Below, piece after piece: positions 31,636-42,304 of a DNA stretch of 64,000 bases. The first letter of the stretch is position 1. Each line of letters opens with the position of its first letter. The DNA comes from Anaeromyxobacter sp. (lineage in GTDB: Bacteria > Myxococcota > Myxococcia > Myxococcales > Anaeromyxobacteraceae). The notes beneath the pieces are model-generated. The model was not told the DNA's origin, did not search any database, and saw only the letters and a program-made list of their open reading frames with translations. A program made the position numbers and the translations under genes. The stretch spans positions 896,001-960,000 of the forward strand of contig JASGJN010000022.1 in NCBI GenBank assembly GCA_049840735.1. The letters run 5' to 3'.

Positions 31636-32616
31636 TTACCGATTCACGTTACTCATGTCCGGGTAGCGGTCGCCGACGACCAGACCCAACGGAAGCACCT
31701 GATCGATGCGAGCGAGTTCCTCGGGCGTGAGCGAGACCTTGGTCGCGTCGACGTTTTGTTCGAGATAGGAACGCCGTTTCGTTCCTGGAATGGGCACGAT
31801 GTCGCTGCCCTGAGCGAGAACCCACGCCAAGGCGAATTCCGCCGCGGAGATCCCTCGAGCATTGGCCATGGTCTTGACTCGTTCGACGAGTTCGAGATTT
31901 TGGGCGAAGTTTTCCCCTTGAAACCTCGGGAACAGACGTCGACGGTCGTCTGCTGGCAGGTCCTCGGGTTTCTTGATGGCCCCGCTGAGGAAACCGCGTC
32001 CGAGCGGACTGTAAGCAACGAAGCCAATCCCGAGCTCTCGAAGCGTCGGCAGTAGGTCGATTTCGGGTTCGCGGCTCCACAAGGAGTATTCGGTCTGAAG
32101 AGCCGTGATGGGATGTACGGCGTGGGCACGCCGCACGGTAGTCGCCGCGGCTTCCGAAAGCCCGAGAAATCGAACCTTACCGGCCTTCACGAGTTCAGCC
32201 ATCGCCCCCACCGTTTCTTCGATGGGCACCTTCGGATCGACGCGGTGCTGATAGTAAAGATCGACGTAGTCGGTTCCGAGTCGTGCGAGGGATGCGTCAA
32301 TGCAAGCGCGCACGTACTCTGGTCTGCCGTCGATACCCCTGAATGAGCCGTCCGTGCCACGCACGTTGCCAAACTTGGTTGCAATGATGACGCGATCGCG
32401 CCGACCTCGCAGGGCTTGCCCGAGCAAAACCTCGTTCTTGAAGGGACCATACATATCGGCGGTATCGAAGAAATCCACGCCGAGTTCGATGGCTCGATGG
32501 ATCGTCGCAATCGATTCTTCGTCGTGCGTTTCTCCATAGAACTCCGACATTCCCATGCATCCGAGACCCAATTCGGAAACCTCGAGTCCTTGTGTCCCCA
32601 GTTTGCGTCGTTTCAC
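31636..32616 (-). CDS. Aldo/keto reductase
   Basis: [46 protein letters not shown] start at 32616. Confidence 0.95.
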   Translation of the reverse strand: MKRRKLGTQGLEVSELGLGCMGMSEFYGETHDEESIATIHRAIELGVDFFDTADMYGPFKNEVLLGQALRGRRDRVIIATKFGNVRGTDGSFRGIDGRPEYVRACIDASLARLGTDYVDLYYQHRVDPKVPIEETVGAMAELVKAGKVRFLGLSEAAATTVRRAHAVHPITALQTEYSLWSREPEIDLLPTLRELGIGFVAYSPLGRGFLSGAIKKPEDLPADDRRRLFPRFQGENFAQNLELVERVKTMANARGISAAEFALAWVLAQGSDIVPIPGTKRRSYLEQNVDATKVSLTPEELARIDQVLPLGLVVGDRYPDMSNVNR

Positions 32617-32695
32617 GAGCGTTCTCCTTCCACGTGGCACGTGGACGAAAGCATTGTGTCGTCTCCTGCGGACGACAAGCCTCGAAGCCTCGTTG

Positions 32696-33700
32696 CTATT
32701 CCCAGCAACCGACGTGGGTCGGGGTGACCAACACGCGATCGACGTTCACGCTCGCGGCGGTACCGGCCCATTCGGCGCCCATGGCAACCGCCCCAATGCC
32801 ACTCGTCGGGAGCGTATCGACTCCCGTTTCATCGAGAACCAATGCGTCGTCCAAGAAGACCTGCACGCGTCCAGCGTCGCCAATTTCGACCGTCAGCTCG
32901 ACACAGTGCCACTCTCCAGGGGACAACGCGCTGCTAGTGCCAATGGGTGTCGTGTACGACCAAGTCTCCAACCGTCCGCTTTTCGTGACCAACCGAAGTG
33001 CCCACGCTTGTTCATCGTCGGACCAGAAGGCGAGAGGAGCCAGATCGTAGTCGACTTGTCCCGAAGGGAGCTGGAGCCAGCCACGGACGGAAATCGATCC
33101 CGACGAAAGGGGTGAGAAGCTCGCTCGGAGATACGCCGTCGAGGGCCCAGCGACGACTTGCGTCGCGAGCGCCTTCGCTCCCGACAAAGTTGCCATCTCG
33201 ACTGGGGTGGCAGAATTATCTGTCGTCACGATGCTCTGGTATCGATCGGTCGAACCCTCGAAGTCCTCACACACGAGGGCATCTGCATATTTAGCACAGT
33301 CAATCGCAGGTAGAGCCTCGGTGCAGGTGCCGCGATAGCAGAGTCGTCCCGAGTCGCAATCGGCCGACGACGTGCAGGCTGGCAAACAAAGTCGTGTGCT
33401 CGGCTCTCCGCGGCACTCGAGCTGCGCAGATTCCGAGGTGCTGCAGGTTCCGCCCACGGAGGCGCAATCGACGTCCGTACTGCACGTCGGCGTGCAGCGT
33501 CCGCACGAGCACGCGAGACCGCCGCAATCGGACGTGCTCTCGCAAGTGCGAAGCCAATTGGTATTCGAGCCCGAGGCTTCTCCGCCGGGTTGACTGCATC
33601 CAAAACCACAGACGAGCAAGAGCGCTCCGATGCACCACCGCACCATCCCGAGGTAACCAGGCGCTCCGCGGGATCCTGCTGCCACGTCGATGCGACTCAT
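32696..33700 (-). CDS. Lipoprotein with Cys-rich repeats and a Cip1/LamG-like beta-sandwich domain
   Basis: Lipobox GFGC; CxxxxDC repeats; CEDFEG...GEWHCVEL...VQVFLD; start overlaps the upstream stop (ATGA at 33697-33700). Confidence 0.65.
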   Translation of the reverse strand: MSRIDVAAGSRGAPGYLGMVRWCIGALLLVCGFGCSQPGGEASGSNTNWLRTCESTSDCGGLACSCGRCTPTCSTDVDCASVGGTCSTSESAQLECRGEPSTRLCLPACTSSADCDSGRLCYRGTCTEALPAIDCAKYADALVCEDFEGSTDRYQSIVTTDNSATPVEMATLSGAKALATQVVAGPSTAYLRASFSPLSSGSISVRGWLQLPSGQVDYDLAPLAFWSDDEQAWALRLVTKSGRLETWSYTTPIGTSSALSPGEWHCVELTVEIGDAGRVQVFLDDALVLDETGVDTLPTSGIGAVAMGAEWAGTAASVNVDRVLVTPTHVGCWE

Positions 33701-34677
33701 CCTTCGTCCTCCGTCGGCCATTCCAGTTGCCCGAAGTAAAACGTGACTCGACGTCGGCTGGCGTCGGGCACGGGGTGTTCCGCGTTGTAGGATTCGACAC
33801 GTTGCCACAGCGCGTTCACCTCATTGCGGGTGCGGGCCAGAAGGGCAAGCACTTCTTCCCGAAGTGGGTGCTCTGGATGGATTTCGAAAGCCAATGTGGC
33901 ACCTCCAGTAGTATCCGTGCTCTCGGCCCGAGTGTGACGCCTCTGCAATTTGGTGGCGATTGCGACGCACATGGCCTGAAAGTGATCGAACACTGCCGCT
34001 TCCCACCCCTCGGTTGCTCCGACGGGGACGACCATTGGATCGACCATCGTGCGCCCTTCTTCTCGGCGGATCCTACCCTGGTCTTCGAGCAATGCGAAGG
34101 CTTCGTCGACGTGTGCGGTCGGCACCGAGAGCTCGGTGGCGATGGAGTCCACGCTTTTCGTGCTGTCGCGGCAGAGCGCGAGCCAAACCAGGGCAGCAGT
34201 CGTTTCGCGTACGCTTTCCCGAGCGAGAGCGATGCGATCCTCGTCGCGAACCACGCCATATATCGTGTCGTTTCCGCTTCCAGTTCGATAGACGAGACCG
34301 CTCGACACGAGATCGTTCAAGACTGCACCGACCGTCAGGGGATCGTCGTTCCGGAATCGATCGAGCAAGCGGCGTCTAGGGAGCGGCGCCTGCTTCTCGA
34401 TGTATTCGAGCAGAGCTCGCCACAGAGTGGTGCCACGATCCGTTGCACTCTCACGGAGTCGTTGGACGCGCCTTTGGTAGCCGCGGAGCGCCATTCCGAA
34501 CATGTCCGCAACGACTTTGCGCGATACGCCTTGGCGCTCGAGCTCCTGCGACAAACTGAGGAAGACTTCGTTGGCGATGTGAGCGAGAGGCGCCCTCACG
34601 CCAGCCGACGAAGACAACTGAGCGATGAGGACGGTCGCCTGCCGCACGATCGAGTCGACGAGAACTTGGGTGTCCAC
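33697..34677 (-). CDS. Uncharacterised multi-HTH protein, putative transcriptional regulator
   Basis: HTH-like GVSRKVVADMFGMALRGYQRR; winged-helix-like LNDLVSSGLVYR and SIATELSVP...LEDQGRI; GTG start. Confidence 0.65.
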   Translation of the reverse strand: MDTQVLVDSIVRQATVLIAQLSSSAGVRAPLAHIANEVFLSLSQELERQGVSRKVVADMFGMALRGYQRRVQRLRESATDRGTTLWRALLEYIEKQAPLPRRRLLDRFRNDDPLTVGAVLNDLVSSGLVYRTGSGNDTIYGVVRDEDRIALARESVRETTAALVWLALCRDSTKSVDSIATELSVPTAHVDEAFALLEDQGRIRREEGRTMVDPMVVPVGATEGWEAAVFDHFQAMCVAIATKLQRRHTRAESTDTTGGATLAFEIHPEHPLREEVLALLARTRNEVNALWQRVESYNAEHPVPDASRRRVTFYFGQLEWPTEDEG

Positions 34678-34792
34678 GTGAAGGCCATTGTCCTTTCGGT
34701 TTGACCATTCGTCTACCGGGGACGACATGGCCAAGGCAGGTGGCGTGCAGGCCACCTCCCCATGAGCGCGATGGTCTTGTAGCGTAACGGAC

Positions 34793-35840
34793 ATGAATGT
34801 TTCCCGTCTCCAGTGGCTATTCGCCGTGGCATTGCAGGTCGCCTGTGCGTCGTCGGAAGGGGCGGACTCGCCGGACTCAGTGGGCGGAGGTGGGACAGCT
34901 AGCGGTGGTTCGTTGGCCGGAAACGCCGGCGGGCACGTCGGAGCCGGCGGCTCTTCGGGCGCATTTACGGGCGGCGCAAATGCGAGCGCTGGCGGCGGTG
35001 GTCGTTCGGAGAGCGGCGCAGGAGGTGATGCAAATGTCGGCGGCGCGACGACTTCGAATACCGCGGGACGTGGTGGCGCTTCGGCGGCACGCGGTGGTAG
35101 CACAAGCTCGAGCTCCACGAGTGTGGTCGGCAAACGCGGGATAGCCGCGAATGTTGCGCCCGCCGCAGCGTTCTTTCCGTCGGTGAGTTGGTGGTACAAC
35201 TGGGCAAATAAGAGTACCGGCGCGGATGTGGGGCTCGAGTTCGTTCCGATGATTTCGGAACCAGGCAACCGTCAACTCGCCCTTGCCTGCATCGGCGAAA
35301 TACGTGCTTGGCTTCAACGAACCGAACTTCTTCGCGCAAGCGAATCTCTCCGCGTCGAGTGCAGCGGGCTATTGGCCTGCCCTCGAAGCGACCGCGAGCG
35401 CAGCGGGCGTTGCCATCGTCGGACCCGCCATGAATTATTGCGGCCCCGCATCGCAGTGCCACGCAACCGATCCGTACCAGTACCTCAAGGACTTCTTTGC
35501 TGCATGCCCGAGCTGCAAGGTCGATTACGTCGCGGTGCATTGGTACAATTGCGATTTGCCATCGCTCCGTGACTATCTAGAGCCTGGCGGTAATCTCCCT
35601 GGATTCGAGCAATTTGGAAAACCGATTTGGCTGACCGAGTTCTCCTGCGATTCGAATGCGAGCATTGCTGAACAGGAGGCTTACATGCGCGCAGCCATTC
35701 CCTACCTGGAGAGCAATCCGAAGGTCTTTCGCTATTCTTGGTTCAGTGCCGATCCCATCCCGAACGCGAAGCTCGTGAACTCGGACGGGTCTCCCACGGC
35801 CTTGGGTAAGGTGTACATCTCTCTGCCGCGAGCCAAGTGA
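34793..35840 (+). CDS. GH128 beta-1,3-glucanase lipoprotein (frameshift about 35260-35285)
   Basis: Lipobox QVAC; G-rich tether; KRG, WWYNW, EFVPM, LGFNEPN, AVHWY, KPIWLTEF, RYSWF. Confidence 0.88.
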
Positions 35841-35856
35841 AGGAGGAAAGCGATCG

Positions 35857-36730
35857 ATGTGCAAACCTGCGCGAATTCGAACGGTCGTGTTGCTCGTCGG
35901 GGCGCTTGCCTCGAGCTGCTCTGCGTCTCCGTCGTCTGAGTCCGAAAACGGTGCTGGAGGAACCCTCGGAGTATCGGGCCAGAATGGCGCCAACGTTGCC
36001 GGGACCCCTTCGTCCACGGATGCGGCGGCCTTGGGCGGCGAAAACTCCCGCGCGGGCGGCGGCACGGGAGCGTTCGTGGGTGTAGGCGGTGGTGGATTGC
36101 CGTCAACGGCAACCAGCAAAGCGGGCGCCACGGGCGCCGGTGGTGCCACTTCCTGTGCGTCCGATGGCGACGGAACCACGACTCTCCAGTTCGTGAATCT
36201 TTGCCCCGAAGCGGTGACATTTCGCGGGAGCGACGACGTGAGCGGAGCGCTCGCTTCTGGGGCCGCAAAATGTGTCGACGTCGGCACCGCGACGGAAGCA
36301 CTCTCGTCGAAGCGCTACTGGGGCTGGATTGGCACCGATCCCGGCTCTGGCCGCCATACGCTCGCCGAATTTACGTTCAATACGGACTTCTACGACATGG
36401 ATTGGTACAACATCAGCCACGTCGACGCGCACAATCTTCCAATGGCGATTTTGCCGATGGCACGTCCTTCGTGCAGAAAGCTCAGCTGTCCACAGGATTT
36501 CATCGCGGCGTGTCCGGACGTTGGTCGATTCCGGGATACTGGCGGCACTGTCGTCTCTTGCGTGAGTCCGGAGCGTGACAATCCGAACAGCGCCGTAGCT
36601 CTGTTGTTCGAGCAATGTGACGACGCGTACGCTTGGTCGGGCGACGACCAACGCGGCACGGACATCAGCCCAATGGTGGGCTGCGAGGTGGAAGATTTCC
36701 AGATTGTGGTTTTGTCCGGAGGCGAAATGA
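35857..36730 (+). CDS. Thaumatin-like (PR-5/GH152) lipoprotein (single-base shift about 36710 before terminal FCP)
   Basis: Lipobox ASSC; FVNLCP, RYWG, TLAEFTF, DWYNISHVDAHNLPM, CDDAYAWSGDD. Removing one G restores IVFCPEAK-stop. Confidence 0.82.
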
Positions 36731-38100
36731 GGCCGCTGTTTGGTTTGTGCGTCGTGGTGACGGCGTGTCACGGAATCGGTGCCGCGGAGAACGGACACGC
36801 CGACGATGACTCGGGGCCCATCTCGAACGCGGGGGGACGACCGACGTCATCCACCTCGAGTGGTCACGATGGAGCATCGACTGCCGGTGTATCGTCGAAT
36901 ACTCGGTGGCGCGTCCGCGTCCGGGGGCGTCGGTGCAATCGGTGGAGCGACAGGGGATACCACGCAGGAACAGGATTCTCTCGGTGCCTATCCCGTTGCC
37001 CCATCTCCGGTGACCCTTGGTGGCACCATGACCTTTACGAACATCGGTGGTCCCGGTTGGTGGCCGAGACGCATCGATAGGCCCGCGGGGGATTCCGCGT
37101 GCACGTACAAGGATGGAACGGACACTTGGGGCGGTCATTGCTGCATGACACGAGAGGTCGCGACCAATTCAGATCTCGCACCTTTCGATCGCGAAGTGAC
37201 GCTCATTCTCAAGGCTATCGACGTGAAGCAGCTTGCCATCTACCAAGCCACCGACGCGTCGACTGATGCCAGCTGGCATCGCGTGACGGCTTGGGACGCC
37301 CGTACCCGTCGAGCGGATAACCTCTGGTTTACGCAAGAGGGGGATGGGGCTCCGAGCTTCCCGGGTGACCTCACGAAAAACGACTGCGTGGGGTACGTCA
37401 TGCAATCTCCTCGATTCAAATGCGGGGACGGAAGCCAATACTACTGTCCCCAGATTCGAGGGGTGCTCCACGACGGATACGAGGGTTCGAAGCTCGTCGT
37501 ATTGCTCGCCTCGGTCACCTTCGACGATGAGCGCGTGCGGGCATGTGGGGGGACGGGGGCGGGAAAACCCTCGCCCTGGGTTGCGATAGTCGCCTCGGAG
37601 CTCGTCCGCGATGGCGGCCGCAAATGGAACGGTCTCTGCAACTGCTACTCCAAAACCGGAACGGTGGGAGACGGTTGCGGCGAGATAACGTGTTCGAGGT
37701 CGTCATGGACGACAACGCCTATTCGAATCGGGAGTTCGCTAGTACCGGAGTACGTTCTTATCAGGTCGGTCACATCGGCGGAGCCGTTGCTGGGTCGTCA
37801 CTCGCGCCCGCTGACTTTCCTGCGGACAGCGATGTCGTCGACGTTTGCTCCAAGAAGGCGTATGCGAGCGGCCCCGCGCTCGTTGCAGGTGGCGCGACGG
37901 ATGGTTGTCCCGTGTGGCGTCGTCCCGAGGGCGATTGATACTACTTCATCCTACTCGACGCTCCGACGCGAACCATTCAGGTGGGGGTTCTGCATCCGCA
38001 GAATCTGCCCGCCACTCTGGCGGGGATCTTTCCGTCATTGCCAGCAAAGATCGAGCGGCGGGATATCGACGCTCTGGCGTCTCTTCGACTACCGCGATAA
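36727..38100 (+). CDS. Tos1/YJL171C-like (DUF2403+DUF2401) putative glycosidase lipoprotein; frameshifts about 36900 and 37690, in-frame TGA at 37936
   Basis: ATGA overlap with the upstream gene; lipobox VTAC; LAPFDREVTLILKAIDVKQLAIY, CNCY...GCGE(I)NVFEV; reading continues past the TGA to TAA 38100. Confidence 0.62.
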
Positions 38101-38106
38101 TCGGAG

Positions 38107-38711
38107 TTGCTCGGGGGCGACGATAACGACGTCATTCCCGTCGAAGGCAGCTGTCTCATTGGAATCGGTGCCGTCACTTGTCATGGCCTGTTCTCCGGTA
38201 TCGTCATGATGATGCTTCAAAGCATGATCACGCCTGCCGTTCGTACCAATTCGGATAAGAGCCCCGCCAAGATCTTGCCTGTCGTCAATCGGGCCCTTTA
38301 GGCAACGTTCGACATCGCTTACGTGGAAGCGATCACGCAACACTGCCACTTTTTCGGCACGAGCCGAGCGGGCGATTGCTCTTCTCCGGTGCTCACGCCG
38401 AGCCTTGGATTTGCCGAAAGCGAACAGGGCAGGGTGATATCGTCCTGCCTCCAGGTTATTGGCTCGGCGCCTTTGAAGACGTGGATGCTATGACGCAAGA
38501 TCTCGAGGTCACTCTCGAGGATGGCGACCGAGTCGTGCTTTATACGGACGGGGCGACCGAGGCCCTGAACGCGGCACACGAGCTATTCGGATTGGGTCGT
38601 TTGAAAACGTTCGTCGAGCGACATGCTTCGGAAGGTCCCGACGCACTGCGGCAGGTCATCCTCGATGCGATGGACGGACGTCGCCGTCCGTCCACACCTC
38701 CGTGTCGCTAG
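38107..38711 (+). pseudogene. Degenerate PP2C/SpoIIE phosphatase fragment
   Basis: GGDD, IGAVTCHG (canonical GDVTGHG), LYTDGATEA...FG; internal TAG at 38299-38301, no sensor domain, no terminal DD motif. Confidence 0.7.
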
Positions 38712-39679
38712 CCCCGACCAATTGCTTCCCGTTGCTTGCGTTCCGAGAGGAACGCCAATTGTCGGGCCAGCATTTCTACACGGATCATTGGGCAACCAAC
38801 CGTACGGGCTCGCTCGATTGGGGTCCAGTACATGGCGTCGAGCTCGAGGCGACTGCATTTCGCGAAATCGTGAAACATGCTGGGGAAATAGGGCCGCATG
38901 CGCAACGTTGCTTCGATCATGTCAGTCGCACAGCCGTCGTCGAGCCGCGCCCCTTCAGCGCGTCCGGCCGAGATGACTTCTAGCATCAGACCGTGGATGA
39001 GTTCGCGCAGCAGAGGATCACTTAGGAGCTCTTCCGTATTGGCTTCAAGGGCAACCGAGAGCCCGTTGAACGGTATATTCCATACGAGTTTTCTCCACCG
39101 TGCAGATAGGAAGTGTGGATCGATCTCTACCAGAAGTCCGCAGGCTTCGAGCCATCGCGCCAAGCCGAGTAAGCCGCTATGTCGCTTCAGCGCAGCATCC
39201 GATTCCCTGTAGGCAGCGAGACGTAAGGTTCCATAGTCCTGGTGAAGGATGCGGTGCGGGGCGAGTTGCGTCGCGCAAATGAAGCCGAGGCCGGCGTAAA
39301 TCGCGCCATGCTGAGCGCACTCGGGTAGACGCTCTTCTTCACCGAGGCCATTTTGAACGAGCACCGTCGTGCCACCGTCGGTCAACAATCGCGGGAGAAT
39401 TGCCCGAAGCGCATCGTTTTGCGTGGCTTTGAGCGTGACGAATACGACGTCACATGAGGGCATGTGCTGGGGATCGTCGTAGACGCGCACCTCTGACAGT
39501 TGAAAATTGCCGTTGGGCGACTCCACGAAGAGACCATGTTGCGCGACCGCAGCATAGTTGCTGCGAGCGAGGAAATGCACTTCGCATCCGGCCCTTGCGA
39601 GGAGCCCCCCATAATATCCTCCGAGTGCACCGAGGCCGACGACTGCGTAGCGGAGGTTTCGGAGATCGGGATTCGACAC
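38708..39679 (-). CDS. panE: 2-dehydropantoate 2-reductase (ketopantoate reductase)
   Basis: GLGALGGYYG, LKA, QNGLG, WRKLVWNIPFNGLS, SMFHD, ELDA. Confidence 0.9.
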   Translation of the reverse strand: MSNPDLRNLRYAVVGLGALGGYYGGLLARAGCEVHFLARSNYAAVAQHGLFVESPNGNFQLSEVRVYDDPQHMPSCDVVFVTLKATQNDALRAILPRLLTDGGTTVLVQNGLGEEERLPECAQHGAIYAGLGFICATQLAPHRILHQDYGTLRLAAYRESDAALKRHSGLLGLARWLEACGLLVEIDPHFLSARWRKLVWNIPFNGLSVALEANTEELLSDPLLRELIHGLMLEVISAGRAEGARLDDGCATDMIEATLRMRPYFPSMFHDFAKCSRLELDAMYWTPIERARTVGCPMIRVEMLARQLAFLSERKQREAIGRG

Positions 39680-39949
39680 GGTGGCATGTTTAGTACAGCT
39701 CCGGGCGAACCGCTACCGAGGCCCAGTCGGCGGCTCGTGCCCCACCGTTGGGGCGCCTATCTCGAGTTTTACGCGACCTTCGAAGTCCGTGATTGCCCAA
39801 CGGCGATTGGGCTACGTAAGGCTAGCCGATTGAACGTGACGAGGGAGGCCACTAGACTCGTTCGTCGACGTGAGCGTGGCGATTCAGCGCGTCCGTTCGG
39901 CGTAGTTGACGAGATGGCGCGACCGACGAGCATGGAGAAGATGTCTGAC

Positions 39950-41110
39950 TCAGGGCGTCCAGCGCAACTCGCCCGCGTCGAGTGACACCTCGTAGTACCC
40001 GTGAGGATCCCAGGTGAGCGGCACATCCTTTTGGATGAGGGTCCCACCGTCCACGGTAACGCGGAGGACGCGTGCTGGGGGAAAGTGCGAAGGGAGTGTC
40101 CACGTCCAGGTGTTATCATTGGCAACGAGCGCTTCGAGCATCCGTTGGGCTCGCAAATAGGCACCAACTGCGCCCATGGTGTCGAACCACAGGTTACCGA
40201 GGGACTTCGCGTGCGCGATGCTCGTCAATATTTCCGCGATTTGGACACCCGCATACCAGTTATTGGCGGTCGGGAGGATCGAGTGGAAAAGGAAGATCGT
40301 CCATCGACCATTTCGTTGGGTCTCGTCAATCGCTGCGTTGAATTGCAGAGCGGTCTGTCCCGCAGTCACCGCAAACACGGGTAGATTGTACCAATCGTTT
40401 ACCCCCGTAGCTGGGACTGAGCCGCTTGCCACTCCCCGACCGAGGAGGAACCGTGATGACGCCGTTGCATTCCATCCCGTATCACCAAAGGGTGCAGCGA
40501 ACGAGTAGACTCGAGGAACCCCGAAGTGGGTCTTGATGTATTCCGTGGCCTTGTCAATCTCGTCCTCTGCGGTCCCAACGGGGGTGCAGTCGGTGAGATT
40601 GGCGTGACAATGGCTCCAGGTGTGATTCCCTATTTCGCTACCGGCGGCAGCGACGGATGACCAGGTTGCATCGAATCCTTGCTGCCAATTCGCCGAAGGA
40701 TTGGCAAAGAACGTCATCTTAACACCGGTGCCTTTCAGCGCTTTCCAGTGTTCGATCTGCGAGGGCTGCGTGTCGTCGAACGTGTAGGACAGGGCCGCGG
40801 CGAATCCGGCCCAGGGCAATACACGCAAATTGGGGGTGCTCACCGAATTGCTCGGGCGCGGCACGTCATGATTCGGTCCCGAAGGCAGTGACCCGGCTAC
40901 GCCGAGCCCGTCACGCGAGCCGTTCTCTCGGGCCGTGGGCGTCGATGTCAGCCGTGCGACATCGGTCGTCGGCGAGCTTCCAGCCGAGGAAGTCGAGTTG
41001 CTCGAGCCTACGGTGTTTACTCGTTTGCTGCAATCCATACAAGCGGTCATGCACCCAAGTAGTAAAAGGCCTGCGATGAGTGGGATGTCGGAGGAGAATC
41101 GATTGACCAT
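39950..41110 (-). CDS. Polysaccharide deacetylase (CE4/NodB-like) lipoprotein
   Basis: Lipobox LLGC; SYTFDD, EIGNHTWSH, FAAPFG, LFH. Confidence 0.85.
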   Translation of the reverse strand: MVNRFSSDIPLIAGLLLLGCMTACMDCSKRVNTVGSSNSTSSAGSSPTTDVARLTSTPTARENGSRDGLGVAGSLPSGPNHDVPRPSNSVSTPNLRVLPWAGFAAALSYTFDDTQPSQIEHWKALKGTGVKMTFFANPSANWQQGFDATWSSVAAAGSEIGNHTWSHCHANLTDCTPVGTAEDEIDKATEYIKTHFGVPRVYSFAAPFGDTGWNATASSRFLLGRGVASGSVPATGVNDWYNLPVFAVTAGQTALQFNAAIDETQRNGRWTIFLFHSILPTANNWYAGVQIAEILTSIAHAKSLGNLWFDTMGAVGAYLRAQRMLEALVANDNTWTWTLPSHFPPARVLRVTVDGGTLIQKDVPLTWDPHGYYEVSLDAGELRWTP

Positions 41111-41174
41111 GAAACCTAGGCACTTTAGCCACGTTGGAGCAAACTTCTCCTCTCAATCGCGGTTGCAAACGTCG

Positions 41175-42132
41175 TCATTTCCGGCGGAGGCGGCGCGGTT
41201 GTCGGGCGTGAAGAAAGTGGCTCGGCGTCGTTCCGCGATGGGCGACGAACACCCGATGAAATTGCGCGTAGCTGCCGAAGCCGGCGTCGAGGGCCGCCTT
41301 GAGGAGGTTGTCGCCGTCCCGAGCGACGAGTTCGTTGAAGCGCGCCAGCCGGAGGCGGTTACGATATTCCACGACCGAAATGCCGGCTTCCGCCTTGAAC
41401 AACTTGGCAATCCGGCTGGCACTCAGGCGAAGCGTCACGCTGAGTTGTTCCGCCGTCAACGTTGGATCCGCATCGAGGAGCTTCATGGCTCGCGTGACGA
41501 CGGACGACGGGCTTGCGGGCAGCTCTGCGAACAGGGACTTGCCTCGTCCTTTGGCGGAATCCAAGGTGCTCGCGAGAAATGAACAAAGCAGTGCCGCCTT
41601 GGACTGTTTCGTCTCATCGACGGGCTCGTCGGTGAGTCCCCGTCATTGAACATGGTTCCGAAATCTCCGATGCAGAGTAGACCGGCGTGCAGCAAACCCA
41701 GCCATGTGCGACGACACGAGACTCTTGCTCCGTATGTACTACGCGGGGAGCGTTCTCGACGATGGTCCAGTAAACTCCGTCACGAATCGCGCGTTCGAGG
41801 TGTTCCCGCTCTCCCTCCCAGATATCGAAGGTGATGAAATGTTCGTCCACCGTGTGGCCTTCGAAATCGGTGCCCCAAGTGCCTCTCATGAAGCCAATCC
41901 TATCGTCTCTGAGGAAGAGCGCGACCCGGGTCAGGCCAATCCGTTCACGTGCGAATTCGACGGTAAGGCGGAGCAGCTCGTCGATTTTGTCGCAAGCGAC
42001 GAGTTCACGAAAGGCAGACAGCAGCGGTGCGAAATCCGTCGATGGTCGTCCCTCGTGCACCAACGGCCGAGGTGGCTCCGCGGTGGGGAGATGCTGCCAA
42101 TCGACGCGTCTACGCGGAAACAAGGCCAACAA
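41175..42132 (-). CDS. AraC-family regulator with GAF-like N-terminal domain (frameshifts about 41640-41670)
   Basis: C-terminal LSASRIAKLFK...YRNRLRL...AALDAGFGSYAQFHRVF...TP; N-terminal MRGTWGTD domain in another frame. Confidence 0.82.
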
Positions 42133-42304
42133 TTACCACGCTTCCTCCTCAATGGCTACGTCCTCCGGCTGCAGCGCCCATCTCGTCGGGGCGGTGAGGT
42201 CATAGCTTGCGACGGTTCGTCACGCTCGTCGCGCTCCTACCCGGGAAGCGGACGCAACGCCTGGGGCTTGCAAACCGTAACTGCTGCTCTCAAGCTGGAT
42301 CGCG

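Noticed and set aside
37936..37938. Selenocysteine or stop-codon reassignment
   Set aside because: It is a single instance in a context that fits Arg (CGA), and TGA is used as a normal stop by many genes here.
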